64,000 nt of DNA from assembly GCA_964636575.1 (NCBI GenBank), contig CAZWSE010000001.1:36669-100668 (forward strand), in the 5' to 3' direction. This stretch comes from an uncultured Sulfitobacter sp. (lineage in GTDB: Bacteria > Pseudomonadota > Alphaproteobacteria > Rhodobacterales > Rhodobacteraceae). Within the stretch, counting starts at the first letter, position 1; each line of letters begins with the position of its first letter. Positions 22,393 to 32,819 of this stretch are shown here, piece after piece. The translations under genes were made by a program, and so were the position numbers. The notes beneath the pieces were generated by a model. It saw only the letters and a list, made by a program, of their open reading frames with translations. It was not told the origin of the DNA and searched no databases.

Positions 22393-22998
22393 ATGCACAT
22401 GCCAGAGGCGCTCATCCTTGCCTCGGGGTCCGAGATCAGAGCGCAGTTGCTACGCAATGCGAATGTGCCGTTTGAGGCTCAAACCCCTCGGCTGGATGAA
22501 GAAACTATAAAACAGTCTCTCTTGGCCGAACAGGCTCTTCCTCGGGATATTGCGGATGCGTTGGCGGAGGGGAAAGCTGCGAAGATCGCGAGTAAGACTC
22601 CGAACCGACTGGTGCTTGGGTGCGATCAGGTTCTTGAACATCGCGGTTCGCTTTTATCAAAGCCTACCACCGAAGAAGACGCATTTCAGCAGCTGAAAAC
22701 CCTTCAAGGAGATCGTCACAGTCTGCTTTCAGCAGCGGTGATATATGAAGATGGGCGACCCGTTTGGCGGCACGTCGGGCAAGTTCGGCTTAGAATGCGT
22801 GACGCATCAGATGACTATCTTAAAGACTACGTGACCAGAAACTGGAACAGCATCCGGTTTTCTGTTGGCAGCTACAAACTCGAAGAAGAAGGGGTCCGCC
22901 TGTTTACGCGAGTCGACGGCGACTACTTCACAGTTTTAGGTATGCCACTTCTGGAAATACTATCTTACCTCACATTAAGAGGGTACTTGGAAGCATGA
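22393..22998 (+). CDS. maf: Maf-like nucleoside triphosphate pyrophosphatase
   Basis: LASGS N-terminal motif, CDQV, Maf family length. The start could be the ATG at 22399. Confidence 0.85.
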   Translation: MHMPEALILASGSEIRAQLLRNANVPFEAQTPRLDEETIKQSLLAEQALPRDIADALAEGKAAKIASKTPNRLVLGCDQVLEHRGSLLSKPTTEEDAFQQLKTLQGDRHSLLSAAVIYEDGRPVWRHVGQVRLRMRDASDDYLKDYVTRNWNSIRFSVGSYKLEEEGVRLFTRVDGDYFTVLGMPLLEILSYLTLRGYLEA

Positions 22999-23828
22999 GC
23001 GAAACAAACATCCCCCTCGCAGGTGTCATCGGCAGCCCGATAGCCCATTCAAAGTCTCCGCAATTGCACGGCCATTGGTTGAAAACTCTAAATCTAGCGG
23101 GGCATTATATCCCTATGGAAGTCGCAACAGATGGTTTGCGCGACGCCCTGCGTGCGCTGCCAAAAATGGGCTTTGTTGGAGTAAATATTACAATACCCTA
23201 CAAAGAGCGCGTGATGGAGATCGCGGATCAGATCACCGACCGTGCTACCCTTATTGGCGCTGCAAACACGCTTATTTTTCGACCAGATGGCCACATCTAC
23301 GCAGACAATACCGATGGCTACGGGTTTATCGAGAATCTCAGACAGGGTGCTCCAAACTGGACCCCGCGCGCTGCTGCTGCGGTTGTGCTTGGCGCAGGAG
23401 GGGCAGCAAGAGCGGTTGTTGCGTCTCTAGCAGATTGTGGTGTTCCACGGATTTATTTGACGAACAGAACACGTGTGCGGGCTGAAAAGCTGGCAGATGA
23501 CTTCGGTCAGCGCGTTCAAGTTGTTGATTGGGTTCAAGCTGGCAATATTATGGAAGAGGCGGGGCTTGTGGTGAACACGACCTCGCTTGGCATGGTCGGT
23601 AAGCCAGAGCTGCGTGTGCCTTTGGACGGGTTGCGCCGCGGGGCAGTAGCCACAGATCTCGTATACACGCCGCTGCGAACGAAATTCCTGACAACAGCGG
23701 AAGAGGCTGGATGCATAACAGTCGATGGACTTGGTATGCTTCTCCATCAAGCTGTACCCGCCTTTGAGCGGTTTTTCGGTCAGCGCCCGACAGTTGATGA
23801 CGCTGCTCGGGACGCCGCATTGCGATGA
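22995..23828 (+). CDS. aroE: Shikimate dehydrogenase
   Basis: GSPIAHSKSP, NITIPYK, GAGGAARAV NADP motif. Confidence 0.9.
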   Translation: MSETNIPLAGVIGSPIAHSKSPQLHGHWLKTLNLAGHYIPMEVATDGLRDALRALPKMGFVGVNITIPYKERVMEIADQITDRATLIGAANTLIFRPDGHIYADNTDGYGFIENLRQGAPNWTPRAAAAVVLGAGGAARAVVASLADCGVPRIYLTNRTRVRAEKLADDFGQRVQVVDWVQAGNIMEEAGLVVNTTSLGMVGKPELRVPLDGLRRGAVATDLVYTPLRTKFLTTAEEAGCITVDGLGMLLHQAVPAFERFFGQRPTVDDAARDAALR

Positions 23829-24418
23829 TCTTCAAGCTTGGTCTGACCGGATCCATCGGGATGGGAAAATCCACAACTGCGAAAATGTTCGCAGATGAGG
23901 GATGTGCTGTTTGGGATGCGGATGCTGCTGTCCACCGGCTGTATTCCAAAGGTGGAGCGGGCGTCGGCCCAATTGCAGAGCGATTTCCTCAGGCGATTGA
24001 GAACGGTGAGGTCTCGCGCGCACGACTTAAAGACATACTAACAAAAGACCCAAAAGCGCTTTCTCAGATTGAGCAGATCATTCATCCGCTTGTCGGCGAA
24101 GACAGGGCCGAGTTTGTTCGAGAAACCTCAACCGATATCATTGTGTTTGATATACCAATTCTGTTTGAAACCGGTGGCGATGCGAATATGGACGCCGTCG
24201 CCTGTGTTTCCGTCGATGTTGAAACGCAAGCGAACCGAGTTTTGGCGCGCGGCACGATGTCCCAAGCTCAGTTTGAACAGATTTTGTCCAAGCAGATGCC
24301 TAACGCCGAAAAATGTGCGCGGTCCGACTATGTGATCGAAACAGACACCCTTGAACACGCCCGTGCACAGGTTCAAGCTGTCGTTGCTGACATCAAAAAG
24401 AAGATAGCCAATGCGTGA
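23825..24418 (+). CDS. coaE: Dephospho-CoA kinase
   Basis: P-loop GLTGSIGMGKST and family length. Confidence 0.9.
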   Translation: MIFKLGLTGSIGMGKSTTAKMFADEGCAVWDADAAVHRLYSKGGAGVGPIAERFPQAIENGEVSRARLKDILTKDPKALSQIEQIIHPLVGEDRAEFVRETSTDIIVFDIPILFETGGDANMDAVACVSVDVETQANRVLARGTMSQAQFEQILSKQMPNAEKCARSDYVIETDTLEHARAQVQAVVADIKKKIANA

Positions 24419-25100
24419 AGTTGTTCTGGATACTGAAACCACAGGGTTTGACCCATTTTCGGGTGATCGCATCGTGGAAATTGGCGCGGTTGAACTGATC
24501 AATCATGTTGCGACGGGTAATACCTACCATCAGTACATCAACCCTGAACGCTCCATGCCAAATGACGCTTTTGAGGTCCATGGTCTTGGCGACGACTTTT
24601 TGAAAGATAAACCGAAGTTTGCGGAGGTCGGGCAAGCGTTCGTCGATTTCGTAGGCACGTCGAAAATGATCATCCACAATGCCTCGTTTGATATGAAGTT
24701 CCTGAACGCAGAGCTGGATTGGATGGGCCTGCCAAAGCTGCCAATGGATCAGGCGCTTGATACGCTTGCGATTGCGCGGCGAAAATTTCCGGGTTCTCCT
24801 GCGTCTTTGGATGCATTGTGTCGACGGTTTGGGATCAGCAATGATGCCCGCGTACTGCACGGGGCTTTGCTCGATTCCGAGATTCTAGCGGAAGTCTATT
24901 TGGAGCTGATTGGGGGCCGTCAGCCTGGTTTAGTATTGTCTGAAACCTCTGGCACAACCACCGCTGTCAAAACAGATGATTGGCGACCTACCCGCCGCGA
25001 AACGCCATTGCCGTCCCGATTGTCAGACAGCGAAAAGGCCGCTCACGCGGCCTTTGTCGAGGAGAATCTGGGTGCCGAAGCGCTTTGGGCAAAAACTTAA
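24411..25100 (+). CDS. dnaQ: DNA polymerase III subunit epsilon (3-prime to 5-prime proofreading exonuclease)
   Basis: ExoI VLDTETTG, ExoII HNASFD, ExoIII HGALLDSEILAEVY. Confidence 0.92.
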   Translation: MREVVLDTETTGFDPFSGDRIVEIGAVELINHVATGNTYHQYINPERSMPNDAFEVHGLGDDFLKDKPKFAEVGQAFVDFVGTSKMIIHNASFDMKFLNAELDWMGLPKLPMDQALDTLAIARRKFPGSPASLDALCRRFGISNDARVLHGALLDSEILAEVYLELIGGRQPGLVLSETSGTTTAVKTDDWRPTRRETPLPSRLSDSEKAAHAAFVEENLGAEALWAKT

Positions 25101-25591
25101 GCGCTGGGCGTTTTTGCTTCTTCTGCCTGACGGCGCGCAATTTCACCGCGGTACAGTTGAATGAAATCGATGTTCTCAAGGTTCAGCGGCGGGAAACCAC
25201 CGTCGCGTGTCACGTCGCTGACAATTCGGCGTACAAACGGGAAGATCATCCTAGGGCACTCAATAAGCAAGAACGGATGCAACTGCTCTTCGGCCACGTT
25301 CTCAACGTGAAAAATGCCGACATAGTCAAGCTCAAGCAAAAACAACGGGTCGCCACTGTCTTTGGCTTTTGAATTCACGTTTAGCTTCAAAGCGACTTCA
25401 TATTGGTGCTCAACAGACCGCTTTTTAGCATCAAGGTTCACTTGAACTTGAACGTCTGGTGTCACTTCACCATTTGACCCCTTCTGGGCCATGATGTTCT
25501 CAAAAGACATATCGCGGATAAATTGACCCAAGACACGCATTGCAACTGCTGGGACTTCTGCTGCCGCTGCACCGTTTTCATTTTCCGCCAT
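25097..25591 (-). CDS. secB: Protein-export chaperone SecB
   Basis: 164 aa with SecB family similarity (LLIECPRMIFPFVRRIV) and an acidic C-terminus. Confidence 0.9.
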   Translation of the reverse strand: MAENENGAAAAEVPAVAMRVLGQFIRDMSFENIMAQKGSNGEVTPDVQVQVNLDAKKRSVEHQYEVALKLNVNSKAKDSGDPLFLLELDYVGIFHVENVAEEQLHPFLLIECPRMIFPFVRRIVSDVTRDGGFPPLNLENIDFIQLYRGEIARRQAEEAKTPSA

Positions 25592-25645
25592 CGGAATACT
25601 CCATCAAATTAAGTTGCGGCTCCTTAGCACCTTGAAAGAAGCGGC

Positions 25646-26110
25646 TCAATGCTTGGTCCACCCAGAAGGCGGCGCATTTGGATCGACTTCGTGGAATTCG
25701 ACATCAATTACGTCGTCATCGGTCGGTCGAGTTTGGGCTTGCCCGCCCATATCAAAGGTCTGCACTTTCACCCGTGACCTTACGTATTTGTATACGGCCG
25801 ACCGGATCGGTGGCGCCAAAAGGGCAAAGCCAACGGCATCTGTAAAGAAACCCGGCGTTAGCAACAGCGCACCAGCCACCAATATCATGGCCCCGTGCGC
25901 TAAAGGCTCTGTCGGATCACGAAGTTCAGAGAACGAGGATCGCAGGTTTCCCATAGCCATCAAGCCCTGGGTGCGCATCAACCAGGTCCCGATGAACGCC
26001 GTAAGAACGACGATTCCCAATGTTGGCCATAGTCCGATCCATCCGCCGACCTGAATGAACAGACCAATTTCAATCAAAGGCACCATCAAGAACGCTAAAA
26101 AAAGAAACAT
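25646..26110 (-). CDS. fxsA: FxsA family membrane protein
   Basis: MFLFLAFLMVPLIEIGLFIQVGGWIG N-terminus typical of FxsA. Confidence 0.8.
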   Translation of the reverse strand: MFLFLAFLMVPLIEIGLFIQVGGWIGLWPTLGIVVLTAFIGTWLMRTQGLMAMGNLRSSFSELRDPTEPLAHGAMILVAGALLLTPGFFTDAVGFALLAPPIRSAVYKYVRSRVKVQTFDMGGQAQTRPTDDDVIDVEFHEVDPNAPPSGWTKH

Positions 26111-26218
26111 TGCGATTACCCCATCCTAAGGCCCAGCAGTGGACTTGACCCCGTTGCTACCCTACATAAGTGCTGTTGGGATGGCTTTCTATGCCGTCGT
26201 ACTGTAGAAAAGGCTTTT

Positions 26219-26881
26219 TTGATGGACGCTCCGCTGTTGCAATTACTGGTTTTGGCCGGGATCGCTGTATTTTTGGTCATTCGGCTCAGAAGCGTTCTGG
26301 GCACCCGTGAAGGGTTTGAAAAGCCGACGATGCCAAATCCGCAGACGCAATCCAGCGCGCGAAATTCACTTAAGGTAATCGATGGTGGGCCCGATCGGGA
26401 TATTATCGATCACGTTGAAGATGGAAGCGCCGACGCGATTGCTTTGGGCAAGATGAAAAAGGCCGAGCCATCTTTTGGCGTTTCTGACTTTCTGCAAGGC
26501 GCCCGCAGTGCCTATGAGATGATCTTGATGGGCTTTGAGCGGGGCGAGCTGGATGAGATCAAGCCATTCTTGTCGGAAGACGTTTATGAGGCTTTCGTTG
26601 ATGTTATCGCTGCGCGCGAAGATCAAGGTCTGACCGTTGAGGCTGAGTTTATCGGCGTCCGCGAAATCAACCTGACTGAAGCCACTTTTGATGACGCTAC
26701 AAACACCGCCGAAATCTCTATGAAATTTGTGGCTGAGCTTACGTCTTTGGTGCGCGATCGTGCCGGAGACATCATTGAGGGCAAAGCAAGCGAGATAAAG
26801 CGTCAGAAAGATACCTGGACGTTTTCGCGGGTTATGGGCACCGATGATCCAAACTGGCGTCTGGTTGACACAGACGCATGA
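26219..26881 (+). CDS. Tim44-like domain protein (membrane-anchored)
   Basis: N-terminal TM segment plus a C-terminal Tim44-like/NTF2-like fold region (WTFSR...DPNWRLV). Conserved next to secB/fxsA in Alphaproteobacteria. Confidence 0.8.
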   Translation: MMDAPLLQLLVLAGIAVFLVIRLRSVLGTREGFEKPTMPNPQTQSSARNSLKVIDGGPDRDIIDHVEDGSADAIALGKMKKAEPSFGVSDFLQGARSAYEMILMGFERGELDEIKPFLSEDVYEAFVDVIAAREDQGLTVEAEFIGVREINLTEATFDDATNTAEISMKFVAELTSLVRDRAGDIIEGKASEIKRQKDTWTFSRVMGTDDPNWRLVDTDA

Positions 26882-27918
26882 AGGCATTGATCGGGGCAGC
26901 AATTCTGGCGGCAAGCACCATGGCAACCGCAAGCGCTTCTCCGAACCTGTCTTACACGCTGGTCCCATTTGAAAAACTGGATGGATGGCAGGATGACAAT
27001 CACAGTGCCGCGCTGTCCGTCTTTCGCGAAACATGTCCAGATATGTCTGACTATCACTGGCAAACGGTTTGCGCCGTCGCCGGCGATGTAACAGACGCGC
27101 GCAGCTTCTTTGAAATGTTTTTCCAGCCGGTGTTGATCTCGTCCGGCGAAGACGCCCTGTTCACGGGTTATTTTGAACCCGAACTTTCCGCATCGCTTAC
27201 GCGCACTCCGCGTTTTCAATACCCAATTTATGGAATGCCGAAAGACGCGCGCCAGACGACGCTTTGGCATCCGAGACGTAACATCGTCGAAGGCGATGTG
27301 ATGACCGAACTTGGACTGGAAATCGCATACACCGATGATCCTGTTGAGCTTTTCTTTCTGCAGATCCAAGGCTCCGGCCGGCTCAAGTTGCCTGATGGAA
27401 CTTTTAAGCGGGTAGGATATGCAGGATCAAACGGGCATGGATATCGATCTATTGGAAAAGAACTCGTTCGGCAGGGCGTTTTCAAAGCTCATCAAGTTAG
27501 CGCTGATGTGATCAAAAGTTGGGTACGCAACAACCCTGAGGCTGGCCACGAACTGCTGATGCACAATCCATCGTATGTCTTTTTCCGAGAGGTCAATGAT
27601 GTGCCGCCTAACAAAGGCCCCTTAGGGGCGATGAACAGATCCATCACCCGCCTAAGGTCGATCGCGGTTGATCCAAAGTACACGCCGCTGGGCGCTCCTG
27701 TCTGGATTGAGAAGGATGGCAACGACCCACTGCGAAGATTGATGATTGCCCAAGACACGGGATCAGCAATCAAGGGTGCCCAGCGCGCAGACGTTTTCTT
27801 TGGTTCAGGGGATGCTGCTGGACGTATCGCGGGCCGTCTGCGTGACCCCGGGCGGATGATCGTTTTGCTGCCCATCGAAGAAGCCTTTGCGCTTCTTCCG
27901 CCTGAGGCGGACGGATGA
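26878..27918 (+). CDS. mltA: Murein transglycosylase A (MltA family)
   Basis: Signal peptide. MltA/3D domain motifs (GYFEP, QGSGRL, IAVDP, AQDTGSAIKG). Confidence 0.85.
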   Translation: MKALIGAAILAASTMATASASPNLSYTLVPFEKLDGWQDDNHSAALSVFRETCPDMSDYHWQTVCAVAGDVTDARSFFEMFFQPVLISSGEDALFTGYFEPELSASLTRTPRFQYPIYGMPKDARQTTLWHPRRNIVEGDVMTELGLEIAYTDDPVELFFLQIQGSGRLKLPDGTFKRVGYAGSNGHGYRSIGKELVRQGVFKAHQVSADVIKSWVRNNPEAGHELLMHNPSYVFFREVNDVPPNKGPLGAMNRSITRLRSIAVDPKYTPLGAPVWIEKDGNDPLRRLMIAQDTGSAIKGAQRADVFFGSGDAAGRIAGRLRDPGRMIVLLPIEEAFALLPPEADG

Positions 27919-28493
27919 CGAAGCGCCGGCTGACACCGGAAGAGGCAGAGCTTTGGAAACGCGTCACGGAACAAACGAGCAAACTTCACCCCGAACGTGC
28001 TCTTCCTGAGCCGCCATCTTCAAATCCTGAACCTCTGCGAAAACCAATAACATTCGAGCCCTTTGTTGTTGGTGTAGGGTCGTCGCCCAAGAAACCAAGG
28101 CATGACGTTCTGCCAAGTCTATCTGACCAGATCGGGAGGGCGCCCGTCGCGATGGACCGCAAATCATTCACAAAGATGAAGCGTGGCAAACTCGGGCCCG
28201 AAGGTAAGATTGACCTCCATGGAATGACAGTCGATCAAGCGCATCCAGCCCTGACACGGTTTTTGTTGCGCGCCCATGCAGACGGAAAGCGGCTGGTTTT
28301 GGTTATCACGGGCAAAGGCAAAGCAAAGCCTGACACAGGGCCCATTCCAGTGAGACATGGGGTGCTAAAGCACCAAGTGCCACAATGGCTTAAACTTGCG
28401 CCATTGAGCCAAGTCGTATTGCAGGTGTCAGAGGCACATATCAGCCATGGTGGCTCCGGGGCATATTATGTGTATCTTAGACGGACCCGCTGA
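27915..28493 (+). CDS. Smr (MutS2-related small nuclease) domain protein
   Basis: C-terminal Smr domain with DLHGMTVDQA and VITGKG. Confidence 0.8.
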   Translation: MTKRRLTPEEAELWKRVTEQTSKLHPERALPEPPSSNPEPLRKPITFEPFVVGVGSSPKKPRHDVLPSLSDQIGRAPVAMDRKSFTKMKRGKLGPEGKIDLHGMTVDQAHPALTRFLLRAHADGKRLVLVITGKGKAKPDTGPIPVRHGVLKHQVPQWLKLAPLSQVVLQVSEAHISHGGSGAYYVYLRRTR

Positions 28494-29703
28494 GGAATGC
28501 GGGCGCATAAGCCCTTATGCCAATGAACGCCGAAAGGCTTGCTATACAGAAAAACAGGGCGACAAAGACGAACTGTGTTTCAATCCCGATGCCTTGGTCA
28601 ATCAATGCTCCCGTCAATCCTGGCCCAATAGCAGACCCCAGAACCATGACTGCGGCCGCCATCGCCTTGATGGACCCAATGAACTTTGTTCCGTAGAATT
28701 CGGCCCAGAATGCGTTGGGTAGGGTTCCGTTCGCGCCCGAAGTCAAAGCCAACACAGCAAAGCCAAGTGTCAGCGTAAGGATGCCGTCCGATGCTCCAAA
28801 AATTAGGAACGCGGCCACCATCGGCAGTTGGTAAAACGGGATCAGCCTCGCTGTGCCCCACTTGTCCAGCGCCCAGCCCGAGAACAGCATCGCCCCGATA
28901 GCAACGCCTGTGTAAACTGGAAACAACGCCACAAATGAGACGTGACTGATGTCTTTCAGATCAGCGATATGGACCTGATGAAAAAACAGTGCGGTCACAA
29001 AAGCGGACGGCCCGATAAGCGACGGCACCATGAACCAGAACAAGGGATGCCGGAGCGCCATATTTCTGGTCCAATGCTGTTTCTGCATTCCCAAAGAAGC
29101 GCTTTCTTCAGCCATTGATTGCGGCGTGCGTTCTTGCGAAAGCAAGCGGAGCATAATTGGAACACCAGAAACAACAATAAGGGCCGCTAGAACCCAAAGT
29201 AGTCTCCAATCCATAAAACTCATCAAGAATACGAACCCGACAGGTAAAAGAGATTCCCCAACGGCATATCCCAAAGCTGCAATCGAAAGCGCGCGACCCC
29301 GAGTTGCGACGAACCAACGAGCCATCGCGACAACTGCAATGTGGCTGGTCATACCTTGCCCCGTCAATCGAAGCGCAAAAATGACCAAAATCAAAACCAT
29401 CGGACTTTTGACCCAGGTCATCATTAGACACGCGCATGCTAACCCTGCAAGAACCCAGATACCGAGCGATCGAACCCTGAAATGATCCGTCAAAGCGCCG
29501 ATCCATATCATGGTAATTGCAGATCCAAGCGTCCCAATCGCGTAGATTGATCCCCACGCTCCATGGCTTAGATCGAATTCAGACTGAATTTCCCCAGCAA
29601 AGATGGAGATGAAAAAGGTTTGTCCAAACGACGACAAGAACGTCAATAAGCCACCTGCCAGAAGCCATTGCGAATTGTCTCGAAGGAAGTTTTTCAAGTT
29701 CAA
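28477..29703 (-). CDS. MFS transporter
   Basis: 408 aa, about 12 hydrophobic segments. TTG start overlapping the upstream gene stop (TTGA). Confidence 0.8.
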   Translation of the reverse strand: MNLKNFLRDNSQWLLAGGLLTFLSSFGQTFFISIFAGEIQSEFDLSHGAWGSIYAIGTLGSAITMIWIGALTDHFRVRSLGIWVLAGLACACLMMTWVKSPMVLILVIFALRLTGQGMTSHIAVVAMARWFVATRGRALSIAALGYAVGESLLPVGFVFLMSFMDWRLLWVLAALIVVSGVPIMLRLLSQERTPQSMAEESASLGMQKQHWTRNMALRHPLFWFMVPSLIGPSAFVTALFFHQVHIADLKDISHVSFVALFPVYTGVAIGAMLFSGWALDKWGTARLIPFYQLPMVAAFLIFGASDGILTLTLGFAVLALTSGANGTLPNAFWAEFYGTKFIGSIKAMAAAVMVLGSAIGPGLTGALIDQGIGIETQFVFVALFFCIASLSAFIGIRAYAPAFLSGSV

Positions 29704-30791
29704 CGCTGTGGACCAAGCACGTAGATCGCCGGATAATTCACAGTATTCGACATCCCTGGAAGCAAGCCGCTTGGGCCTGACCTACCGCTCAAGAAGTCAC
29801 GATCAAAGGTTTCCCCCCGACGCAGGATAGCAAGCAACGCAGGTGAGGACCCGGCGGTAAAATGGTTTGGTCCAGCATTCTTGGCGAAAGCTGTCACGTC
29901 AATGATTTGAACTGGCAATCCTTCAAGCCGCTCTACTTTTGACAGATTGCCCAATCGTGATGGCTCTCCTACCAGACGCGCAGAAAGCCGCAGCGCCTTA
30001 TCTTTGGAAGACGTAAAAATGAGGAATGGCTCGGGAAGGCGAGCAATATCGCGGGCTTGGGATCTAAAAACGTCCACATCCAGATCGGGTGAGATCAATA
30101 CAACGCCTGAAAGGGCCTTGTGGCTAAAGCCGGGGTTTTCCAAATCTACGGTTCGCAAAGCCTCCATAGCGAGGACAGCACCCATGGAATGTCCGACAAG
30201 AACAATCCGTTGCATACCTGACGCCCTAAGCTGCCTGAGCAGATCTGCGAGGTCCGTACGCGAAGCGAGAACACTATCTTTATCGTATTCATACCCCAAC
30301 GGACTGGCGCGACTGGCCCATGAAAAGGCTATGATCTCTCCCGGGAGGTTCAGGTCTGTTTTGAGTTGAGCAATGCGAAATGCTGCGTCTGCGAAGGTAT
30401 TGTTGTAACCATGAACGTAAACCGTGACTTCTTTTTCGTTGGCAGGAAGTCCAGATAACCCTTGCCAAAGGCTGCGCGAAAAACTTGCCTTGTCGGGAAA
30501 CCTGTCTTGCTGAGTAATTGCGAAATGTAAGGCAGGGTCAGCCGTTCGTCTGGGCACTGCAATTGACCCTTCAATCCGGTTTTCAGGAACAGATATACCC
30601 ACTTTAAAGTACGAAACAGTTGCAGAACGGTCTGCGGTCACCTCACCATCTGGACCTTGTCTGCGATTGGTGACGACATGCACGTTCTGCACGCGCGTGA
30701 CCCTTGGGTCTTCACCAACCAAAGCCGCATCCATTCTTGCGGAACAAGATACCAATATTGAGAGGCACAAAATGACTGCCCAGCGTTTCAT
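29700..30791 (-). CDS. Alpha/beta hydrolase (DUF900-type esterase/lipase-like), probable lipoprotein
   Basis: Signal peptide ending LVSC (lipobox-like), VYVHGYNNTF block, nucleophile elbow GHSMG. Confidence 0.75.
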   Translation of the reverse strand: MKRWAVILCLSILVSCSARMDAALVGEDPRVTRVQNVHVVTNRRQGPDGEVTADRSATVSYFKVGISVPENRIEGSIAVPRRTADPALHFAITQQDRFPDKASFSRSLWQGLSGLPANEKEVTVYVHGYNNTFADAAFRIAQLKTDLNLPGEIIAFSWASRASPLGYEYDKDSVLASRTDLADLLRQLRASGMQRIVLVGHSMGAVLAMEALRTVDLENPGFSHKALSGVVLISPDLDVDVFRSQARDIARLPEPFLIFTSSKDKALRLSARLVGEPSRLGNLSKVERLEGLPVQIIDVTAFAKNAGPNHFTAGSSPALLAILRRGETFDRDFLSGRSGPSGLLPGMSNTVNYPAIYVLGPQR

Positions 30792-30850
30792 GAAACCGTC
30801 CGTTTTTGTAACGTTCGATTTCCTGTCTTAGAGCAAACTAAGCCTTTCGC

Positions 30851-32161
30851 CTAGAGAACGTATCGGCTGAGGTCAGTAGACTTCATCAATTCGCCCAAGT
30901 TCGCCTCTACAAAAGCCGCATCCACGGTCACATCTTGTCCGCCACGGTCCGGCGCGTCGAAAGACAGCTCTTCGAAAACGCGCTCCATCACGGTGTAGAG
31001 TCTGCGAGCGCCAATGTTTTCAATCGACTCGTTTACATCCGCTGCGATCTTAGCCAATGCCGCAATACCATCATCGGTAAATTCAACTGTCACCTCTTCG
31101 GTGCCCATCAAGGCTGTGTATTGCCGCGTCAGCGCGTTATCTGTTTCCGTCAGAATGCGAACGAAATCATTTTCGGTCAATGCGCGAAGCTCGACCCGAA
31201 TTGGAAGCCGCCCCTGTAGTTCAGGCAGTAAATCGGACGGCTTGGCGATATGAAACGCGCCTGACGCAATGAACAGTATGTGGTCTGTTTTGACAGGACC
31301 GTGTTTGGTGCTGACCACTGTGCCTTCGATTAAGGGAAGCAAATCGCGCTGGACACCTTCGCGGCTTACATCACCACCACGCGCGTCAGATCTGGCACAG
31401 ACCTTGTCGATTTCATCCAAGAACACGATCCCGTTTTGCTGGGTAGCGTCTAAGGCAGCTCGGTTAACGGTTTCATCGTCTAAAAGCTTATCCGCTTCCT
31501 CGCCGATTAGAATTTCGTAGCTTTCAGCGACGGTCATCCGCTTCTTCACGGTACGACCGCCCATTGCTTTTCCAAACATCTCACCGAGGTTCATCATGCC
31601 CATACCACCTCCACCTGGCTGTCCGGGAATGTCGAGCATTGGCATCGGGTTCGATGTGTCAGCCACCTCAAGTTCAATCTCTGTCGCGTCAAGCTCACCA
31701 GTCATAAGTTTTTTGCGAAACATCTCGCGGGTTGAGGACCGGGCGTCTTCACCCGCAATCGCCGAAATCACACGTTCCTCAGCAGCGAAGCGGGCCTTTG
31801 CAGTAACTTCTTCGCGCATATGTTCGCGGGTCATAGTAATCGCACTGTCGACAAGATCGCGGATGATCTGCTCTACATCACGGCCCACATAGCCGACTTC
31901 GGTAAACTTGGTCGCTTCGATCTTGATGAAAGGCGCCTTGGCAAGGCGGGCAAGGCGACGGCTGATTTCCGTTTTGCCAACGCCAGTCGGCCCAATCATC
32001 AGGATGTTCTTTGGGTAGACCTCATCCCGTAGATCGTCAGACAGTTGCTTGCGCCGCCACCTGTTGCGCAGGGCCACCGCGACAGCGCGTTTAGCGTCGT
32101 TTTGGCCGATAATGAAACGGTCCAGTTCCGATACGATTTCACGAGGGGTCAAGTCAGTCAT
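30851..32161 (-). CDS. hslU: ATP-dependent protease ATPase subunit HslU
   Basis: [17 protein letters not shown], Walker [12 protein letters not shown] at 32161 overlaps the hslV stop (ATGA). Confidence 0.97.
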   Translation of the reverse strand: MTDLTPREIVSELDRFIIGQNDAKRAVAVALRNRWRRKQLSDDLRDEVYPKNILMIGPTGVGKTEISRRLARLAKAPFIKIEATKFTEVGYVGRDVEQIIRDLVDSAITMTREHMREEVTAKARFAAEERVISAIAGEDARSSTREMFRKKLMTGELDATEIELEVADTSNPMPMLDIPGQPGGGGMGMMNLGEMFGKAMGGRTVKKRMTVAESYEILIGEEADKLLDDETVNRAALDATQQNGIVFLDEIDKVCARSDARGGDVSREGVQRDLLPLIEGTVVSTKHGPVKTDHILFIASGAFHIAKPSDLLPELQGRLPIRVELRALTENDFVRILTETDNALTRQYTALMGTEEVTVEFTDDGIAALAKIAADVNESIENIGARRLYTVMERVFEELSFDAPDRGGQDVTVDAAFVEANLGELMKSTDLSRYVL

Positions 32162-32715
32162 TTGGTGATCTTTTCTACTGTCAAATTGCCGTTGGTATAG
32201 ACGCAAATATCGGCGGCGATGGCCATTGCGTCGCGAGCAACATCTTCGGCCGATTTCTTGCTGTCCATCATTCCGCGCGCCGCGGCGAGCGCGTAGTTCC
32301 CGCCTGACCCAATGGCCGTTACATCGTGTTCAGGTTCCAGCACATCGCCGGCCCCGGTTATCACGTAAAGCTCCGCCCCGTCTGATACGATCAACATGGC
32401 TTCAAGTTTTTGAAGATACTTGTCAGTGCGCCAGTCTTTTGCCAACTCAACGGAGGCACGGGCCAATTGGCCTGGGGTAGCCTCCAGCTTGGCTTCGAGC
32501 CGTTCCAAAAGTGTGAACGCATCAGCCGTAGATCCGGCAAAACCGGCGACAATGTCAAAACCACCTGGCGATAACCTGCGCACTTTGCGCGCCGTACCCT
32601 TGATGACGGTTTGCCCTAAAGAAACCTGTCCATCGCCCGCAATAACGACTTCGCCCCCTTTTTTGACGCCAATGATTGTGGTGCCATGCCAGCCTGGGAA
32701 TTCTTGCTTTGCCAT
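32158..32715 (-). CDS. hslV: ATP-dependent protease peptidase subunit HslV
   Basis: Catalytic N-terminal [10 protein letters not shown] and GSGG motif. Confidence 0.95.
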   Translation of the reverse strand: MAKQEFPGWHGTTIIGVKKGGEVVIAGDGQVSLGQTVIKGTARKVRRLSPGGFDIVAGFAGSTADAFTLLERLEAKLEATPGQLARASVELAKDWRTDKYLQKLEAMLIVSDGAELYVITGAGDVLEPEHDVTAIGSGGNYALAAARGMMDSKKSAEDVARDAMAIAADICVYTNGNLTVEKITK

Positions 32716-32819
32716 CGTGGCCTCCTGATCTGCGCGTTGCAGTCTATATGAGGCGGATAGTTGCGCGGCACAAGGGCAGGGGCTTGTTCAGCCTACTTAG
32801 CAGGCTTACGTTTTTTTCC

